A stretch of 64,000 bases of DNA from Pachysolen tannophilus NRRL Y-2460 (Eukaryota): assembly GCA_001661245.1 (NCBI GenBank), contig KV454014.1:574954-638953 (forward strand). The letters run 5' to 3'. Position 1 is the first letter of the stretch; each line of letters begins with the position of its first letter. The notes beneath the pieces are model-generated. The model was not told the DNA's origin, did no database searches, and was given only the letters and a program-made list of their open reading frames with translations. Below, piece by piece: positions 61,031-64,000 of the stretch. The position numbers and the translations under genes are program-made.

Positions 61031-61268
61031 GTAAAAGGTTAAGAGGTGTTCGACTTTTCTAAAGTAATTAGAGATCGATTGTTGATACTATCACCTATTT
61101 GTTATATATTGTTTGTAGTAGTATTAACAAAATCTAGATTAGTATTAGCTGAAGCTATTCACTAGTTTTTATTTTCATTTTTTTTTTTTTTTTTAAACCT
61201 TTCTATTTTTCTTTTTTAGTTGAATAGAATTAATTATAGAAAAGGGTTCATTCAATATATAAAAGAGA

Positions 61269-63923
61269 ATGTCACGTTTTTTTGCTTCGACACTTTCTGA
61301 TTCAGATTTATCGTCGGATGAAGAATTACTCTCTTCTTCAGAAGAGGAGGAGCTTCTTTCATCAGAAGAAGAAGAAAATCAAAAAGAATTATCATCTGAT
61401 GAAGAAGGAAAGCAGGAAGAAAGTGAGGAGGATGAGAGTGATATTTTTGGTTCAGAATCAGAAGAAGAGGAGTCTTCATCTGATGATGAAGGTCCACGTA
61501 GAGGTCCTTCTTATTTCTTGAAGAAATCATTTGCAAAGAGTGATGACGAGGAAAGTGAAAGTGAAGATGAAACTAGAAAAGTTGTCAAGAGTGCTAAAGA
61601 TAAATTATTGGATGAAATGAAAAATAATAGTGATGCAATTGAATTATCCAAAAAGAAAAATAGTTGGGTTCAAATTTCAAGTGAACTTGAAAAATTAACT
61701 AAAAATTTATCAAAAGCTCAACAACAAAATCTTGGAAGTGGTTTAAAATTATTTATCAAGGTAATTGCAGGTTTAGAAGATGCAATTCTGGAAAACAGTG
61801 GTTCTAATAAAAAGAAAATGGATGCTTTGAATTCTAAGGCTTTTAACACTATTAAACAAAGAGTTAAGAAACATATTAAAGAATTTCAAAAGAACGTTGA
61901 TTTGTACAGACAAGATCCAGAAGCATTTGAAAAAGAAGATGAACAAGCAGAAAATGATCTTGATGGTACCGCTTTAAATGATCTGACTGTAAATAAAAGT
62001 TCTCAGAAAACTACAAAATTATCTGAACAATCAGAAGGTGTATTTCAAACATTGAGAACTGTTATCGAATCTCGTGGTAAGAAAAATGTTGATATTAATG
62101 AGCAAGTCGCTTCCTTAGAGATGTTATTATCAGTTGTGGTTGATCCATTTGAACTAATATCAATTTACTTGATGCTCATCCCAATTAGATTTGATCTTTT
62201 CTCAAATGCTGCATATATGTCAGTTGAAACTTGGAATTCTGTTTTCCAAGATATTTCTGCTTTATTCAAAATTTTGGAAGAAAATTCAAATACTTATCGT
62301 GTCTTAGAAAATGCTGTTCCAACTGATGATATAGAAATTCAACCTGAATCTAATAAGGATGGAATTAAAGAAATATTGGGTTCCATCCCTTCATTAGTTG
62401 AAAGATTAGATGATGAATTGACAAAATCATTACAAGTTATTGATCCGCATACAACTGAATATGTTGAAAGATTGAAAGATGAAGGTAAAATATATGATTT
62501 GATTGTCAGATGTCAATTATATTGTGAATTGATTATACCAAAAGAAGAATATAAAGGAGTACTGGGAGAACAACTTGCGCGTGTTGTCTTGAGAAGAGTA
62601 GAACACATTTACTATAAACCAGTTCAATTAATTATTCTTGCTGAAAAGACTACTTGGGCTAAGTTACAAGGAAGAGAATCAAAAATTTATCCAAAGATAA
62701 ATGATCTTAATTTAAAGGGAAATTATTCTGATGGATTGTTAGATTCCTTGTGCTCAATATTATATACCCAATCAAATTCGATTTTCCGTAAAAAAGCAAT
62801 GTTATGTCATATTTACTATTATGCTTTCAATGATAAATTCTACAGAGCTCGTGATATGTTTTTAATGTCGCATTTACAATCCACCATCCACACTTCTGAT
62901 CCTCAATTGCAAGTTTTATTCAATAGAGCATTGGTGCAATTAGGTTTATGTGCATTCCGTTCTGGTTTAATCAATGATTCTCAGCAATTATTACAAGAGA
63001 TTGCTACATCTCAAAGATCAAAAGAATTGTTGGGACAAGGTACTCAAAGATATCAACAACAGCAGAGTTTGGTTGACAAACAAAGATTGTTACCATTTCA
63101 TATGCATATCAATTTAGAATTATTGGAATGTTGTTTCTTAACGGCTTCATTATTGATTGAAGTTCCAACATTTGCTAAAACAAATGATTTGAACTCAACA
63201 AAGCAACATACTTATAGCTCTGCTAAATCATTTAAAAGAGCATTGGAATATTTTGATAGACAATTTTTCCAAGGGCCACCAGAAAATGCTAAAGAACACA
63301 TTATGCATGCAGCAAAGGCTTTACAAAAGGGTGATTGGATTAAGGCAAGTGAATTGATTAATTCAATTAAGATTTGGGATTTGTTTAGCAAATCTGATGA
63401 ATTAAAAATTATGTTAAAATCAAAATTACAAGTTGAAGGACTAAGAACTTATTTGTTTACATTTAAGAATTTTTATGAAAAATTATCTATAGATAAATTG
63501 GCTAACGTTTTTCAAACTTCTGAACAAAAAGTAAATTCTGTTGTTTCCAAAATGATTTTTGAAGAAGAAATAAATGCAGCTTTGGATCAAAAGACAAATT
63601 CAATTATCTTTATCCAAGGTGTTGAAGTTTCAAAATTACAAGAATTGGCTTTACAATTGGCTGATAGAGCTGGACAATTAGCTGAACGTAATGAAAGAAT
63701 CGCTGCAGGTGGTCATCAAGGAAGTTCTCAATCAAACCAACAACAATCAAATAGCAACAATTCCAACAACAATAACAACAATCAACAATCTAACCAGCAC
63801 AACAGCTATGGTGTAAAATTGGCTCCAGTAACTGGTGCATTGGATTCAACACCAGGGAAAATATCAGGTGGGGCTTTAAATGGATTTGACAAGAGACAAA
63901 GAAAAAATCAATCAAGAAAATAG
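61269..63923 (+). CDS. NIP1: Translation initiation factor eIF3 subunit c
   Basis: MSRFF start, acidic N-terminus, VVKSAKDK, ESRGKK, LPFHMHINLELLE, PCI domain. Confidence 0.97.
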   Translation: MSRFFASTLSDSDLSSDEELLSSSEEEELLSSEEEENQKELSSDEEGKQEESEEDESDIFGSESEEEESSSDDEGPRRGPSYFLKKSFAKSDDEESESEDETRKVVKSAKDKLLDEMKNNSDAIELSKKKNSWVQISSELEKLTKNLSKAQQQNLGSGLKLFIKVIAGLEDAILENSGSNKKKMDALNSKAFNTIKQRVKKHIKEFQKNVDLYRQDPEAFEKEDEQAENDLDGTALNDLTVNKSSQKTTKLSEQSEGVFQTLRTVIESRGKKNVDINEQVASLEMLLSVVVDPFELISIYLMLIPIRFDLFSNAAYMSVETWNSVFQDISALFKILEENSNTYRVLENAVPTDDIEIQPESNKDGIKEILGSIPSLVERLDDELTKSLQVIDPHTTEYVERLKDEGKIYDLIVRCQLYCELIIPKEEYKGVLGEQLARVVLRRVEHIYYKPVQLIILAEKTTWAKLQGRESKIYPKINDLNLKGNYSDGLLDSLCSILYTQSNSIFRKKAMLCHIYYYAFNDKFYRARDMFLMSHLQSTIHTSDPQLQVLFNRALVQLGLCAFRSGLINDSQQLLQEIATSQRSKELLGQGTQRYQQQQSLVDKQRLLPFHMHINLELLECCFLTASLLIEVPTFAKTNDLNSTKQHTYSSAKSFKRALEYFDRQFFQGPPENAKEHIMHAAKALQKGDWIKASELINSIKIWDLFSKSDELKIMLKSKLQVEGLRTYLFTFKNFYEKLSIDKLANVFQTSEQKVNSVVSKMIFEEEINAALDQKTNSIIFIQGVEVSKLQELALQLADRAGQLAERNERIAAGGHQGSSQSNQQQSNSNNSNNNNNNQQSNQHNSYGVKLAPVTGALDSTPGKISGGALNGFDKRQRKNQSRK

Positions 63924-64000
63924 AAAACAACCAAGATTTATTTTATTTCTCTCTTTTAAAAAATAATTCAATTTTATCATTACTACTTGTCACTTTATGT

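Noticed and set aside
61027..61219. Possible 5'-UTR intron of NIP1 (GTAAGT ... CTTTTTTAG)
   Set aside because: No convincing branch point near the acceptor; cannot be supported without RNA data.

Overview
AT-rich, gene-dense nuclear DNA from a budding yeast (Saccharomycotina). It holds about 30 protein-coding genes, seven spliceosomal introns (GTATGT/GTGAGT/GTAAGT donors, TACTAAC-type branch points, YAG acceptors) and four N-gaps. CTG codons fall at conserved Ala positions (UBC4 QWSP[CTG]LT, MLS1 NEK[CTG]M), so the genome very probably uses the CUG=Ala code (Pachysolen-like, inferred) and the ORF track mistranslates CTG. Genes in order: MLS1 (partial), orphan, SES1, ATG31-like, GCV1, ATP3, SMC3, NET1, RAD28, TSC3-like, WOR3-like, two orphans, CFEM protein, ZTA1, CMK, OKP1/CENP-Q-like, SEC6, TDA2, VTC1, RPS24, CDC12, TRP4, SPC110-like, UBC4 (1-nt frameshift in a T-run), HUB1 (missed by the ORF track), membrane orphan, PNPO-like, VPS4, SPT7, YOS9, EMC10, NIP1. 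The most notable signals are: a UUG-initiated mitochondrial presequence on ZTA1; a 3' intron that could switch EMC10 between soluble and membrane forms; a recurrent promoter motif GTCGTG[T/C]; a cluster of ACAGCCC sites next to the WOR3-like gene; and a CTG at a conserved Leu in the SMC3 Walker B motif. I saw no tRNA, rRNA, mobile element or CRISPR array. Gene identities come from recalled protein motifs, not database searches.
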